Source of the DNA: a virus
Virus record (IMG/VR): IMGVR_UViG_3300022555_000122
Strand: one strand, 5' to 3'
DNA: 41,065 nucleotides
In this document: positions 1 through 8,605 of the stretch, one piece after another
How the letters are laid out: the number at the start of each line of letters is the position of its first letter
Numbering within the stretch: the stretch's first letter is position 1
Position numbers and translations under genes: made by a program
The notes under the pieces: model-generated
The model's input: the letters and a program-made list of their open reading frames with translations, nothing else
The model's database searches: none
What the model was told of the DNA's origin: nothing

Positions 1-127
1 ATCGTAAACGTCCTGGAGTAATAGATTTAAGGGATTCATAGTTAAGAATTGATATTAGAGTTTTTGATGCCTTCAGTTTTCATTGTAAACACAAATGACC
101 TCCCGTTGCAATCCATATACTGGTACT
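1..127. repeat. Left copy of the exact 127-bp terminal direct repeat
   Basis: Bases 1-127 (atcgtaaacgtcctggag...atatactggtact) are identical to 40939-41065. Confidence 0.97.
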
Positions 128-533
128 CCGTATCTATATGGATTTTATCCGGGTTCAGCCGCCGCATCATAAGAGTATTGCTGTCCTGGCTGTCAAAATC
201 TTCTGCCATTCGCAGCATTTGGGTTATCACATCTTCACAGATCTCCTGGGTACTGTCAACATCATTGATCCAGTCATTATCATCCTGATCGCGCTCACTC
301 GATTTTTTCAGGATGAACACATAGCAACTTTCCGAAATCTTGATATTGTCAAGGTTGAATGCTTCAGTATCAACAGATGGCAGAACTGCTACGAGTATGA
401 CTTCACCATTTTCAACATCCTTGATGAATTTCTGAACCTGAACTTCATCCGATACAACCTTCACCCGGTCGATCGACGGCACCAGCAGGTTCATGTTCTC
501 CCAAAACTCCTTATATGTTTTTGCCCTTACCAT
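42..533 (-). CDS. Hypothetical protein, 163 aa, acidic; last gene of the portal-proximal structural block
   Basis: Long ORF in an operon with upstream structural ORFs. It overlaps the upstream ORF by 23 nt. No motif recognised. Confidence 0.6.
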   Translation of the reverse strand: MVRAKTYKEFWENMNLLVPSIDRVKVVSDEVQVQKFIKDVENGEVILVAVLPSVDTEAFNLDNIKISESCYVFILKKSSERDQDDNDWINDVDSTQEICEDVITQMLRMAEDFDSQDSNTLMMRRLNPDKIHIDTEYQYMDCNGRSFVFTMKTEGIKNSNINS

Positions 534-1428
534 AACTTTCCATCTTTTTCATATTTTGCATGACCTGGTACAAGCGCGCCATCACATCCCACAGATTCTG
601 GTTATCGGTTTCTTCAATTGAACCGAATACTTTTGTCTCTGCCAACGAGTAAAGCAGTCCCACCAGGCCGATTCCTTCAGTATCTTCACTTTCTTCGCTC
701 TTTTCGTAAAGGATTGAAAGTTTGATCCTGTTTTCCCCGATCATCGGCTCACCGGTGGCCAGGTAATCCTCGCAACCGGTCATAAACAGGTAAATCGAAT
801 AACGGATGACCAGCGGGAGCTGCGCAATCTTTTTTACCCGCTGATGGAGCAGATTCGGGTTACTATTACCCGTGAACGGAATCCTTTCTTCTCCATTAAA
901 GCGCCTGAACTGTTTTCTGAGCCACAAAAACCGCTTCTTTGGGCGGTAAAGTACCGCAATCATGTAATTAAGATGCTCTTCATCCCCCTTGATCATGTAT
1001 TTTCTCATGTAATCATGGGCCATTCTGTACTCCCGGAAGGTGACATCCTGAAGAGCATCAGCGGGACCATAGTATTTTTTACAGATACAAGGGATGAAAT
1101 TGTGCACAGAATTGAGCTGGATCACATTTACCGGCTTGCCGTCGCGCTGTTCAACCTTGAAATATGAGTTCAATACCTGGGAAATGACATAGATATTTTG
1201 CCAGATCTCGTCTTTTATCTCCTGATCAAAGAGATAAAACTTCGGATTCATGTTTATTTCAAGGAGTTTGTAGGCCAGTAGCATCTTGAGCTTGTCAATT
1301 GATAGTTCTCCTTCAAGGTGACGAAGAACAAGACCAATGAAGAATAAATACTGTTCCTCATTCATCTCATCTATTGTTGAAGGAATTTCCTTCACGATGC
1401 CACTTTCCGGTATATCAATTTTGTGCAT
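511..1428 (-). CDS. Hypothetical protein, 305 aa (possible virion/morphogenesis protein by position)
   Basis: ORF coupled to the upstream gene by a 1-nt overlap at 1428. No recognisable motif. Confidence 0.6.
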   Translation of the reverse strand: MHKIDIPESGIVKEIPSTIDEMNEEQYLFFIGLVLRHLEGELSIDKLKMLLAYKLLEINMNPKFYLFDQEIKDEIWQNIYVISQVLNSYFKVEQRDGKPVNVIQLNSVHNFIPCICKKYYGPADALQDVTFREYRMAHDYMRKYMIKGDEEHLNYMIAVLYRPKKRFLWLRKQFRRFNGEERIPFTGNSNPNLLHQRVKKIAQLPLVIRYSIYLFMTGCEDYLATGEPMIGENRIKLSILYEKSEESEDTEGIGLVGLLYSLAETKVFGSIEETDNQNLWDVMARLYQVMQNMKKMESYGKGKNI

Positions 1429-2471
1429 TACAGCCTTACATATTTTGCTTTTGGATCAATGTTGGGAGTTACCTCAGGTACAAATTCAGCTCCCGAAGTC
1501 GTTGCAGCTTTCTTCCTTAAGAATTCTTGCAGCATCCGGAGCATCCCCTGGGCATCCTTTTCAAGGTTTGTTGAAACCTCATTGCGGGCTTCCTTGCTCG
1601 AAGCCGTCTTTGACTTAACTACCGATGTAGTGATATTGGTAAAGATCCCATCCGGGAGTACTTCCACCGACAGTCTTTTGATTGCCATGCTTAAGGCAAA
1701 CATAACCATCGGTTGGCGGACCAGGTCAAGGATCTGTTTGTTATCATCAGTGACCGAATTGGAGAGTACCTGATTAAGTAATTCCGTGTATTTTTCTGGA
1801 ATAAACGTGGATTTGATTATATTTTGCTGAACATGTCGCAGAAATGGTATCAATGCCCGGAATGTTACCCTGGATCCGTTGATCGGGAAAACCTGTTCGA
1901 ATTGCTCAATGGTTGAAACAAAAAGTCCCTTTATGATCTTAAATTCATCGGAATTTGCCCATGGAATGAGTAAACCTACACTGTCATCTTCACCATCAAC
2001 TTTAATAGTGACGGTATCTGCGATATGATCATCAAGAAATTCAAGAAGTACATCTGTTGCCTCCAGGGCAATGGCCAAAAGGTTCTCATTATCCTTTTCA
2101 ATCTGCCATTCAAAGGCCGGTTTTTCTTGTTCTGCTACAAAGATCTGACGGCCCTTGTCCGAATGAGCGATATCGTTGCTTGGAACAAAGCGGCGATATG
2201 CCTGGATGGCAACGACCATTTGTATTCTGGATACGAATTCGTCCAGTACTGGATATTCGGGATGGTCTTCATCGGCAGTTTCCTGGCAATAATGGTCTCC
2301 ATTATAATGCTGCTCTGCAACATCAAAGACATCTTTGCCGATAATTTGCTTCAAATCTCTTTCCGCAAAAAGCATATACGGCTTGAGATTGTCAAAGTTG
2401 ATTGATTTGTAGATGAAACCAATCCTTTCCTTTACTTCAGCAGATCCTTTCTTGCTCTTATTGAAAATCAT
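1428..2471 (-). CDS. Hypothetical protein, 347 aa (possible minor head or morphogenesis protein by position, directly downstream of the putative portal)
   Basis: Long ORF 17 nt downstream of ORF 2489..3913. No motif recognised. Confidence 0.6.
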   Translation of the reverse strand: MIFNKSKKGSAEVKERIGFIYKSINFDNLKPYMLFAERDLKQIIGKDVFDVAEQHYNGDHYCQETADEDHPEYPVLDEFVSRIQMVVAIQAYRRFVPSNDIAHSDKGRQIFVAEQEKPAFEWQIEKDNENLLAIALEATDVLLEFLDDHIADTVTIKVDGEDDSVGLLIPWANSDEFKIIKGLFVSTIEQFEQVFPINGSRVTFRALIPFLRHVQQNIIKSTFIPEKYTELLNQVLSNSVTDDNKQILDLVRQPMVMFALSMAIKRLSVEVLPDGIFTNITTSVVKSKTASSKEARNEVSTNLEKDAQGMLRMLQEFLRKKAATTSGAEFVPEVTPNIDPKAKYVRL

Positions 2472-2488
2472 ATCGTTGATTTTTAAGA

Positions 2489-3913
2489 TCAGTTGCCGGC
2501 CATTGGCTGGTTCTTTACGCGGTCATTTGGATTGGTTGCCTGCTCAGTTAATACGGCATCATGATAGAAGCCGATACGAAGATCTGTATCCGGGAAGTTT
2601 GCCTTAATGGCAATGTTGATGTCTTTGCAAATGATGCCCTCCGGGATATCGATGGCGGTCATCAGAAAAAGCTTGAAAGCATAAAGCTGCTCGGATCCTG
2701 AAGGAAGATTTCCATCTTTTGAAAGGTTGGATAAGGATGGATGTAATCCTACGGTAGCTGAATTCTGAAATGATGCCTCACGTGCAATATCCAACTGAGC
2801 TGTTATGAACTCACTTACTTTCTGATCCAGGACAATGATCTCCCAACCAACGTAATCATTGCCAAGTTCATCGAAAATGGTCTCAGTTGTGACCATTTTA
2901 CCGGCATTCTCTACGCCTGAAAGAGCTTTTGCAATGACAGCAAACGTGTCATCCTTGACCTTATCGAGCATCTTTTGATTGTATTCGATGCCCTGCAATG
3001 CACAATTACGCTCAAGTAACTCCTGTTTTTGCATCCAATATACTGCAGGTGACTTCACATGGTACTTAATTGCTGCAGCATTCTCATTGAAGTTAATTAA
3101 CAGTTTCGGAATAGAGCTGGCCAGCTTGATCCAATTGGTTGCTCCATGAAACGGAGCTCTGGAATACTCATAATCCAGAGAAAAGTTGTAAAGGTTACTA
3201 TACCGCATCGCAACGGGATAGGCAAACACGTTGGTAGGATCAAAGATCGGATAGGAGGTAAGACCGTATTGCCATGGTTGACGGAAATCACCAACGATGA
3301 TATTATTGATCTCCCAGTTCTGATCCGGCCACTCCAGGCGGGCGAATGTTGAAGATTCGTGTTCGAGCTTTGCAATTTTTGCCTGGGCCCCGATCCGGGC
3401 GCCCCGGTTGCGGTAAAACTTGGTGAAATGCCCATTGATTGTCGTGTAATCGATGGTAGATTTCAGAAGGTAATCCCAGTAATCCCAAGACTGAAGCCAT
3501 GCTGATATCTTTGGATCATCAACGAATTCCTTGATACGCTTACCGCCTTCAAAGCGGATCCGGTATAGAGCCGGTCCCTGTCCCCAGATGAGTTGTGCAT
3601 TCTTGGTTAATCCCTGGGGAAGGAAATTATCTTCATCCAGGATAGTACGAAGTGTGTCCGGGTAATCATTCTGATGACCATAAGGAATGATTTTGAATCC
3701 ATTGATATAGGTAGGCATCAGGATCCTGGAGTGATTATAGAAAGGAAGGATCGATGGACTGCCAAATGTCGATCCCCTTACTGTCTCAAAGGCATATACT
3801 CCGACTGATGAAACGCCAAAAGAAAAATCTCCACTATGGGTGAAATTTACTTCATCCTCAGGTTCCTTTTTCTTTCTGGATCCTTTTGTTCCGGATTTTG
3901 TTTTTACTTCCAT
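2489..3913 (-). CDS. Putative portal protein, 474 aa
   Basis: Size and position fit: it is the first large structural ORF after the terminase genes, and no other portal-sized candidate exists. The N-terminus is basic. The call rests on context only. Confidence 0.45.
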   Translation of the reverse strand: MEVKTKSGTKGSRKKKEPEDEVNFTHSGDFSFGVSSVGVYAFETVRGSTFGSPSILPFYNHSRILMPTYINGFKIIPYGHQNDYPDTLRTILDEDNFLPQGLTKNAQLIWGQGPALYRIRFEGGKRIKEFVDDPKISAWLQSWDYWDYLLKSTIDYTTINGHFTKFYRNRGARIGAQAKIAKLEHESSTFARLEWPDQNWEINNIIVGDFRQPWQYGLTSYPIFDPTNVFAYPVAMRYSNLYNFSLDYEYSRAPFHGATNWIKLASSIPKLLINFNENAAAIKYHVKSPAVYWMQKQELLERNCALQGIEYNQKMLDKVKDDTFAVIAKALSGVENAGKMVTTETIFDELGNDYVGWEIIVLDQKVSEFITAQLDIAREASFQNSATVGLHPSLSNLSKDGNLPSGSEQLYAFKLFLMTAIDIPEGIICKDINIAIKANFPDTDLRIGFYHDAVLTEQATNPNDRVKNQPMAGN

Positions 3914-3917
3914 GTGA

Positions 3918-4199
3918 TCAGTTTAACACAACTTTTTTGCCTTCAAAAAACAGGATCAGCATTTGCCAGCAGTTTCTTGGTTCCCGAAGTTCTTCATCAT
4001 AATAAAACAGTTTAAAGTCTGCATGCTCCAGGTCATCTGCTTTGGCGGCCGGTCTTAACCTGGCCTTTTTGACATAGCGGAAGCCATCTGTTTTTTGTCG
4101 GCTGCGATCATACGTTGAATGGATAAACGAAAAGGTCTTCGACTGTGCAGTAAGCTTTCGCATTTGCCGGATGGCATCATACAGATCTATCTCGTCCAT
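3918..4199 (-). CDS. Hypothetical protein, 93 aa
   Basis: ORF with a TAATG stop/start overlap with the upstream gene at 4199. Confidence 0.55.
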   Translation of the reverse strand: MDEIDLYDAIRQMRKLTAQSKTFSFIHSTYDRSRQKTDGFRYVKKARLRPAAKADDLEHADFKLFYYDEELREPRNCWQMLILFFEGKKVVLN

Positions 4200-4720
4200 T
4201 ATGGAACAGCAATGGCAGTCAGCACACCGGTGGGTGAGACTCGCAGTCGGTATTTAACTCCAGATCGGTTTTTCAATACTATACCCTGGATTGTATCAGA
4301 TATCAATAGTCGTTTAAGGGAAGCGCTGTCAGCGGATAGTTTACCTGAGGAAGAAGTAACGTTTATGGTTCCCAGGTTAACTGATGTAAAATATCCGTAT
4401 CTGAACAGGTGTGTCGGATCTCCCAGGTCATAAGTAGATATCATTGGAAGAAATTTAGTTCCGTACCAGTTAAGGATCCTTAAGCCGGTGGAAGTTTCCA
4501 TGAACCCGTAAATGGCTTGGTTGGGATAACCTGTAAACTGGAATACCGGCTCTCCGGATGTACTTTTAATGGCCAGGTGTGCACTTCCGGATTGAGCCCC
4601 CAGGACTACCTTGTCCGTAAATGTTTTTTGAAATGTTGTCCCGTCGCTGTTAAGGAACTGGGCAGATGCAAGTGAGGTTATCATCAATAAGATGATTGAT
4701 AGGATCAATACTTTTTTCAT
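4199..4720 (-). CDS. Secreted protein with a cleavable Sec signal peptide, 173 aa
   Basis: N-terminus MKKVLILSIILLMITSLASAQ (positive n-region, hydrophobic core, ASA-Q cleavage motif). A near-consensus -7 box (CAtaTTTG, plus-strand 4747-4754) lies 27 nt upstream of the ATG. Confidence 0.7.
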   Translation of the reverse strand: MKKVLILSIILLMITSLASAQFLNSDGTTFQKTFTDKVVLGAQSGSAHLAIKSTSGEPVFQFTGYPNQAIYGFMETSTGLRILNWYGTKFLPMISTYDLGDPTHLFRYGYFTSVNLGTINVTSSSGKLSADSASLKRLLISDTIQGIVLKNRSGVKYRLRVSPTGVLTAIAVP

Positions 4721-4804
4721 AGATCTTGGTTTTTATGATTTATGAGCAAATATGCTTTTTCGAATATTTTTTTTAAAGGACATATCTATAGAATTTACGA
4801 CCAT

Positions 4805-4835
4805 AAAAAAAGGAGTCCCGGACTTCCGGGACTCC
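4805..4835 (-). terminator. Rho-independent terminator downstream of the RadC-like gene
   Basis: Perfect 10-bp GC-rich stem (4812-4821 / 4826-4835) with a 4-nt loop, followed on the minus strand by T7 (A-run 4805-4811 on plus). Confidence 0.85.
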
Positions 4836-4839
4836 CAAG

Positions 4840-5298
4840 CTATAGTTTGCCTTCATCAGCAAATGAATAGTAATTGTCATCAGGTGTAACAATCAGATGA
4901 TCAAGGATGGTAATATCAAGGAAAATGCCTGCTGACTTACATTTCTGAGTTATTTTTTCATCAGCATCACTTGGAAGCTTGTTTCCTGAAGGATGATTGT
5001 GCGCAAGGATCATTGAACTGGCATTGGCTTTCAAAGCTGTTTGAAAAACAAGTTTAGGATCTACAACAGTTCCACTAATTCCTCCCTGGGAGATCAGTTT
5101 ATAACCAAGAACTTTATTGGCTTTATTCAATAGTAAGATGTAGAATTCTTCTACATGTTCCAATTGATCACTCCAGATATCTCTTAAGATATCGAAGGCA
5201 TCAGATGACTTTGTTATTTTTCTCATGTCGGCTGGTCGAACCTGATTGTGATAAATGATCTGAATTTCAGCAACTGAAGAGTTGAACAAGTTTTTCAT
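4840..5298 (-). CDS. radC: RadC-like JAB/MPN domain protein, 152 aa
   Basis: Contains the HNHPSG...SDAD motif (ILAHNHPSGNKLPSDADEKIT) and the overall RadC C-terminal domain pattern. Confidence 0.85.
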   Translation of the reverse strand: MKNLFNSSVAEIQIIYHNQVRPADMRKITKSSDAFDILRDIWSDQLEHVEEFYILLLNKANKVLGYKLISQGGISGTVVDPKLVFQTALKANASSMILAHNHPSGNKLPSDADEKITQKCKSAGIFLDITILDHLIVTPDDNYYSFADEGKL

Positions 5299-5309
5299 AG
5301 AGCAGATTA

Positions 5310-5483
5310 TTAAAGGTTAGAGATTGAAAATTGTGAACTGAACAGATCAAATTCCCAGTAAAATTTATCCGGATCCTGGATAAATAATTCTTCAGTGTAT
5401 CCAGGGTAGAAGATCTGATCCATTTCCTGGGTGAAGATTTCAATGATTGATTGCGGTTGATAAGCAATTTCATGTGCGTTCAT
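5310..5483 (-). CDS. Small, strongly acidic protein, 57 aa; not in the supplied ORF track
   Basis: My own translation gives MNAHEIAYQPQSIIEIFTQEMDQIFYPGYTEELFIQDPDKFYWEFDLFSSQFSISNL. ATG at 5483, TAA at 5310-5312, ending 11 nt before the radC-like ATG. It has 10 acidic residues against 1 Lys. Confidence 0.45.
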   Translation of the reverse strand: MNAHEIAYQPQSIIEIFTQEMDQIFYPGYTEELFIQDPDKFYWEFDLFSSQFSISNL

Positions 5484-5738
5484 AAGGCGTTTGTTTTAAG
5501 GTTAGAAAAGAAATTTTTAACGCCAACGGCAGCCACCGAGAATAATAAATTATGTCAAGGGTATAGGTCACGAATCGAAGAGTCTGAATATACTGAAAGC
5601 GACAGGATCCATAAGGAGGTCGCCCTTTACAGTTTTAAGCTCATCCAGTACTGGATTTCTGAGAGCGAATTATTCGTAAGGTACCTTTGTCTGAAAATTT
5701 CGAGCTAAACCGTGCGGTGGGTATCGGTATTCTTTTTT

Positions 5739-5785
5739 GCTTCTTTTTTCTTTGACGTGCTAAAGAAAAAAGAAGCTGATTTTTC
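5739..5785 (+). terminator. Orphan plus-strand intrinsic-terminator-like hairpin in the TerL/radC intergenic island
   Basis: Perfect 15-bp stem (gcttcttttttcttt 5739-5753 / aaagaaaaaagaagc 5762-5776) with an 8-nt loop, followed by tgaTTTTT on the plus strand. On the minus strand the tail is A-rich, so the orientation is plus. Confidence 0.5.
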
Positions 5786-6042
5786 AACTTTCATTCTCAA
5801 TGCTGCAACATCAAAGCAAAAAATTAAGATAAAAAATCGAAAAGGTCAAAAAATCACCTTTTTAACCTTCCTTGTCTTCAATCTTTTTATTAAAATCTTG
5901 GATCCCTAGCCGACCTGCCCGGAGTTTGGGGCGCACGTGCACTCTTTGGCTGTGGGCGGATATATGATTAAAATCCCACAATACACTCGTGGTTCCGAAT
6001 TTCGGAATCACACCAATTTGCACTCAATGAATAGATACGGGA

Positions 6043-7731
6043 TTACCTTATGTTTACATCAGAAGATACAGAGTTCTGTCTTTGCTTGGCTATGGCAATC
6101 CACTTAGGTCGACAGATAAGATACTTTAAGGCATCAGTGAAGTTTGTACTTTCCATTGCTAATCTTTTAGATGGCAAGTGATCACCCTTCTTGATCTTGA
6201 TGATCTGTCCCTTTGCATTCTTACCCAATGGACATATCTCAAGTTGACTTTTGAGTTCTTTACATTCATACTTATCAATTAACAGATTTGGCAGGCGTTT
6301 ATCCTTCTCACCCATCATTACATTCATCAAGAGATATTCATCATAATGAAGGATGTTACCCTGTCCCACATTCATCAGTTGCACAAGCCACCCGGTACGT
6401 TTGCCCTGGGCATCGATCTCGATATCATGTTTGATCAGTGATGCCATGTCTCGTCCCATCTTGGCATACTGATTCGTTGATCGATCATGGTACAGGTAAA
6501 GGATCTTTCGCTTATGTGGTTCAAAGAAGGTTATGAACTTATTGGCCAGTTCACGTATAGACTCAGGGGTGATGGTATACATACCTTTCAATACCCGATA
6601 GTTCCTGCCTTGTTCCTGTCCTATCACCAGGCTAAACATATTGCCTGCATCCAGGCCACCCTCCAAAGGTTTATCAGGAATGATGTACTTTAACCCAGAA
6701 GATACCTGTGTAATGTTGTCGCTCAATCCGAACTGATCATAATACTCATGGTTATACCCATCATCATAGAAGTGTTTATCTGATAGGTTCCCATAGAACC
6801 GGGCAGACTTCTCCAGGGTCTTGCGGATGGATAATACAGATGTCTTGAACTCTTCAAACGTGAGAGTAGCCAGTAGGTTCTCAAAATACTTCAGCGTTAA
6901 GATATCGGCATTGGCAAAGGAAGATACGATATAGAAGAAGGTGCTGTTCTGGCGTATCATCCCAAGGCGTTCCATCCAGCGTTTCTGTTTGCGTTTGATA
7001 AGCTCGATCTTAACGGGATCTGCCTGTTCTTTTTCTGCATAGAAAAGCTCCCAATTGATCTCATTCAAAACAATCGCCGTTTGGATGATCTTAATAATCT
7101 GCTGCTTATCCATGTTCTTTTCCATGCGTAGCATCCAGTCATCTTCTTTGATGGATGGATCTGCCATGTCTGAGCAAAATGTCTGCCCCATGAAATAATG
7201 TGATTTTCCATACAACATATAGTCTCCACGTAGGGTAGGAAACAATTTGCGAAGCTTTGATTCGAGCAAGTATTTTGCTTCATCCCCAAAATGGTGGACT
7301 ACCGATATCCCTGCTGCAGTACTGGGCCTATCGAGGGATATAAGAAAGAACTTGCAGCCATTGAACGTTGAAATGGTATGTTTGTATGAAAACGTCTTAA
7401 TATATGAGGTTTTCCAATGTGGTAACGGCGGTTTATCGACTACATAATGAACATTCTCAAAGAAATTCTGTCGTGTTTCCCACCCGTGAATTATAGCGGG
7501 CACGATATTGGTTAAGAGATTGACGTATGTATCCGCAACAAATGCAAAACTGGCTCGTGGCATGTCGTAAATGACATCGATTGTCCGTTTTGCAAGAATT
7601 TCAGTGCTTTTTGATACACCACGACCGCCATACAAATAAAGATTTGTCGGCTTGATAATATCAATGAGCGTAGCTATCCAGTTGGAATAGCGTATATCAG
7701 CTTCCTGCTTGGTTATCTTCCTTTGACTCAT
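6043..7731 (-). CDS. terL: Terminase large subunit, 562 aa from ATG 7731
   Basis: Walker A-like YGGRGVSKST, Walker B-like VVHHFGDEAKY, and size typical of TerL. I prefer the start MSQRKITKQ over the track start at 7773. Confidence 0.85.
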   Translation of the reverse strand: MSQRKITKQEADIRYSNWIATLIDIIKPTNLYLYGGRGVSKSTEILAKRTIDVIYDMPRASFAFVADTYVNLLTNIVPAIIHGWETRQNFFENVHYVVDKPPLPHWKTSYIKTFSYKHTISTFNGCKFFLISLDRPSTAAGISVVHHFGDEAKYLLESKLRKLFPTLRGDYMLYGKSHYFMGQTFCSDMADPSIKEDDWMLRMEKNMDKQQIIKIIQTAIVLNEINWELFYAEKEQADPVKIELIKRKQKRWMERLGMIRQNSTFFYIVSSFANADILTLKYFENLLATLTFEEFKTSVLSIRKTLEKSARFYGNLSDKHFYDDGYNHEYYDQFGLSDNITQVSSGLKYIIPDKPLEGGLDAGNMFSLVIGQEQGRNYRVLKGMYTITPESIRELANKFITFFEPHKRKILYLYHDRSTNQYAKMGRDMASLIKHDIEIDAQGKRTGWLVQLMNVGQGNILHYDEYLLMNVMMGEKDKRLPNLLIDKYECKELKSQLEICPLGKNAKGQIIKIKKGDHLPSKRLAMESTNFTDALKYLICRPKWIAIAKQRQNSVSSDVNIR

Positions 7732-8605
7732 CTTCAAAAAGTATAAAAGGTATATCTTCAGTCCTGGCATCACGATTTATCCTGGATCTATCCACAACTG
7801 TAATGTCCATTTGATCCAGTAATCTTCCAAGTTCATTACGGTTGATTTCCGGGGCACCGGCATCTCTCATTTTCATTGTATAGAGAACCGGCCTTCGGTC
7901 AAGAAGGTCTTCAGGTACCTGGTTTGCCATATCTTTTCCTACGCCACGCATTTCAGCGGCATCCTTGAAACACCTGCGGGCCGTTTCAAAATCATTCATC
8001 TGCTGGGCGATCAGGGCCATGTTATCCAACCGGTCGGCATAAATATTACTCCATGCCTGGACCTTGATTTCATTATCCAGGTTAAAGAAATTCAGACTTT
8101 CACAATAAAGCTTGTTTGCCTTGTATTTACTGATATTGGGCCATTTAAGGCTGATAGCGGAGACGATATAACTTTTGGAATTGAATTTGTTGAACAAACA
8201 GCGTATGTAGTCGATCTGTTCAAAATACTCGACTACCGGTGCCGGCAGATCATTGGTTTCGCCGCGTTCAACCATTGCCTGAAGCTGGCCATATTGAGTC
8301 TTTTCAGAATCAAACTGAATTTTGAGTTTGTAATTCTCCAGTCTTTCAGCTAAGGAATCCTTCTTCCATTGCTGGATTGAGGTTAAGTTTCCACTTTTAG
8401 CCTGGTTAAGGTTTTGCTTATCTATTTCTGCCTGCACCATCAATTGGCCACGATCATAATGGTGTCTTATCTTGGATCCCGGAGTATTGAACTCTTGCTC
8501 AAAATCTACCAGGTCCACGTCCAGGTACATGGCAATTTTTTCTACAGAATAATTGATACCGGCTAGTTCTTCGATATCCTTGTATTGTTCATCTGTTAAG
8601 TCCAT
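7697..8605 (-). CDS. Putative terminase small subunit / DNA-recognition protein, 302 aa from ATG 8605
   Basis: Lies immediately upstream of terL and overlaps it. The N-terminus MDLTDEQYKDIEELAGINYSVEKIAMYLDV resembles an HTH. The track start at 8728 would overlap the upstream gene by 140 nt, so an internal ATG was chosen. Confidence 0.5.
   Translation of the reverse strand: MDLTDEQYKDIEELAGINYSVEKIAMYLDVDLVDFEQEFNTPGSKIRHHYDRGQLMVQAEIDKQNLNQAKSGNLTSIQQWKKDSLAERLENYKLKIQFDSEKTQYGQLQAMVERGETNDLPAPVVEYFEQIDYIRCLFNKFNSKSYIVSAISLKWPNISKYKANKLYCESLNFFNLDNEIKVQAWSNIYADRLDNMALIAQQMNDFETARRCFKDAAEMRGVGKDMANQVPEDLLDRRPVLYTMKMRDAGAPEINRNELGRLLDQMDITVVDRSRINRDARTEDIPFILFEDESKEDNQAGS

Noticed and set aside
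5267-5473. Track ORF of 68 aa on the minus strand upstream of radC
   Set aside because: It overlaps the radC start by 32 nt and has a basic, low-complexity composition. The 57-aa ORF in another frame (5310..5483) ends cleanly 11 nt before radC and looks more protein-like. Only one of the two can be real.
5451-5909. Plus-strand ORFs 5451..5708 and 5712..5909 in the non-coding island
   Set aside because: The first starts at TTG inside the oppositely oriented 57-aa ORF. The second reads straight through the 15-bp terminator hairpin and encodes poly-F/K low-complexity sequence. Neither has supporting signals.
5985-6010. tRNA-like T-arm impression (ggttccgaatttcggaatc)
   Set aside because: The stem-loop has a 1-5 nt loop instead of the 7-nt T-loop. 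No acceptor, D or anticodon arms can be built around it. I found no GTTCGAATC-type motif anywhere in the window.
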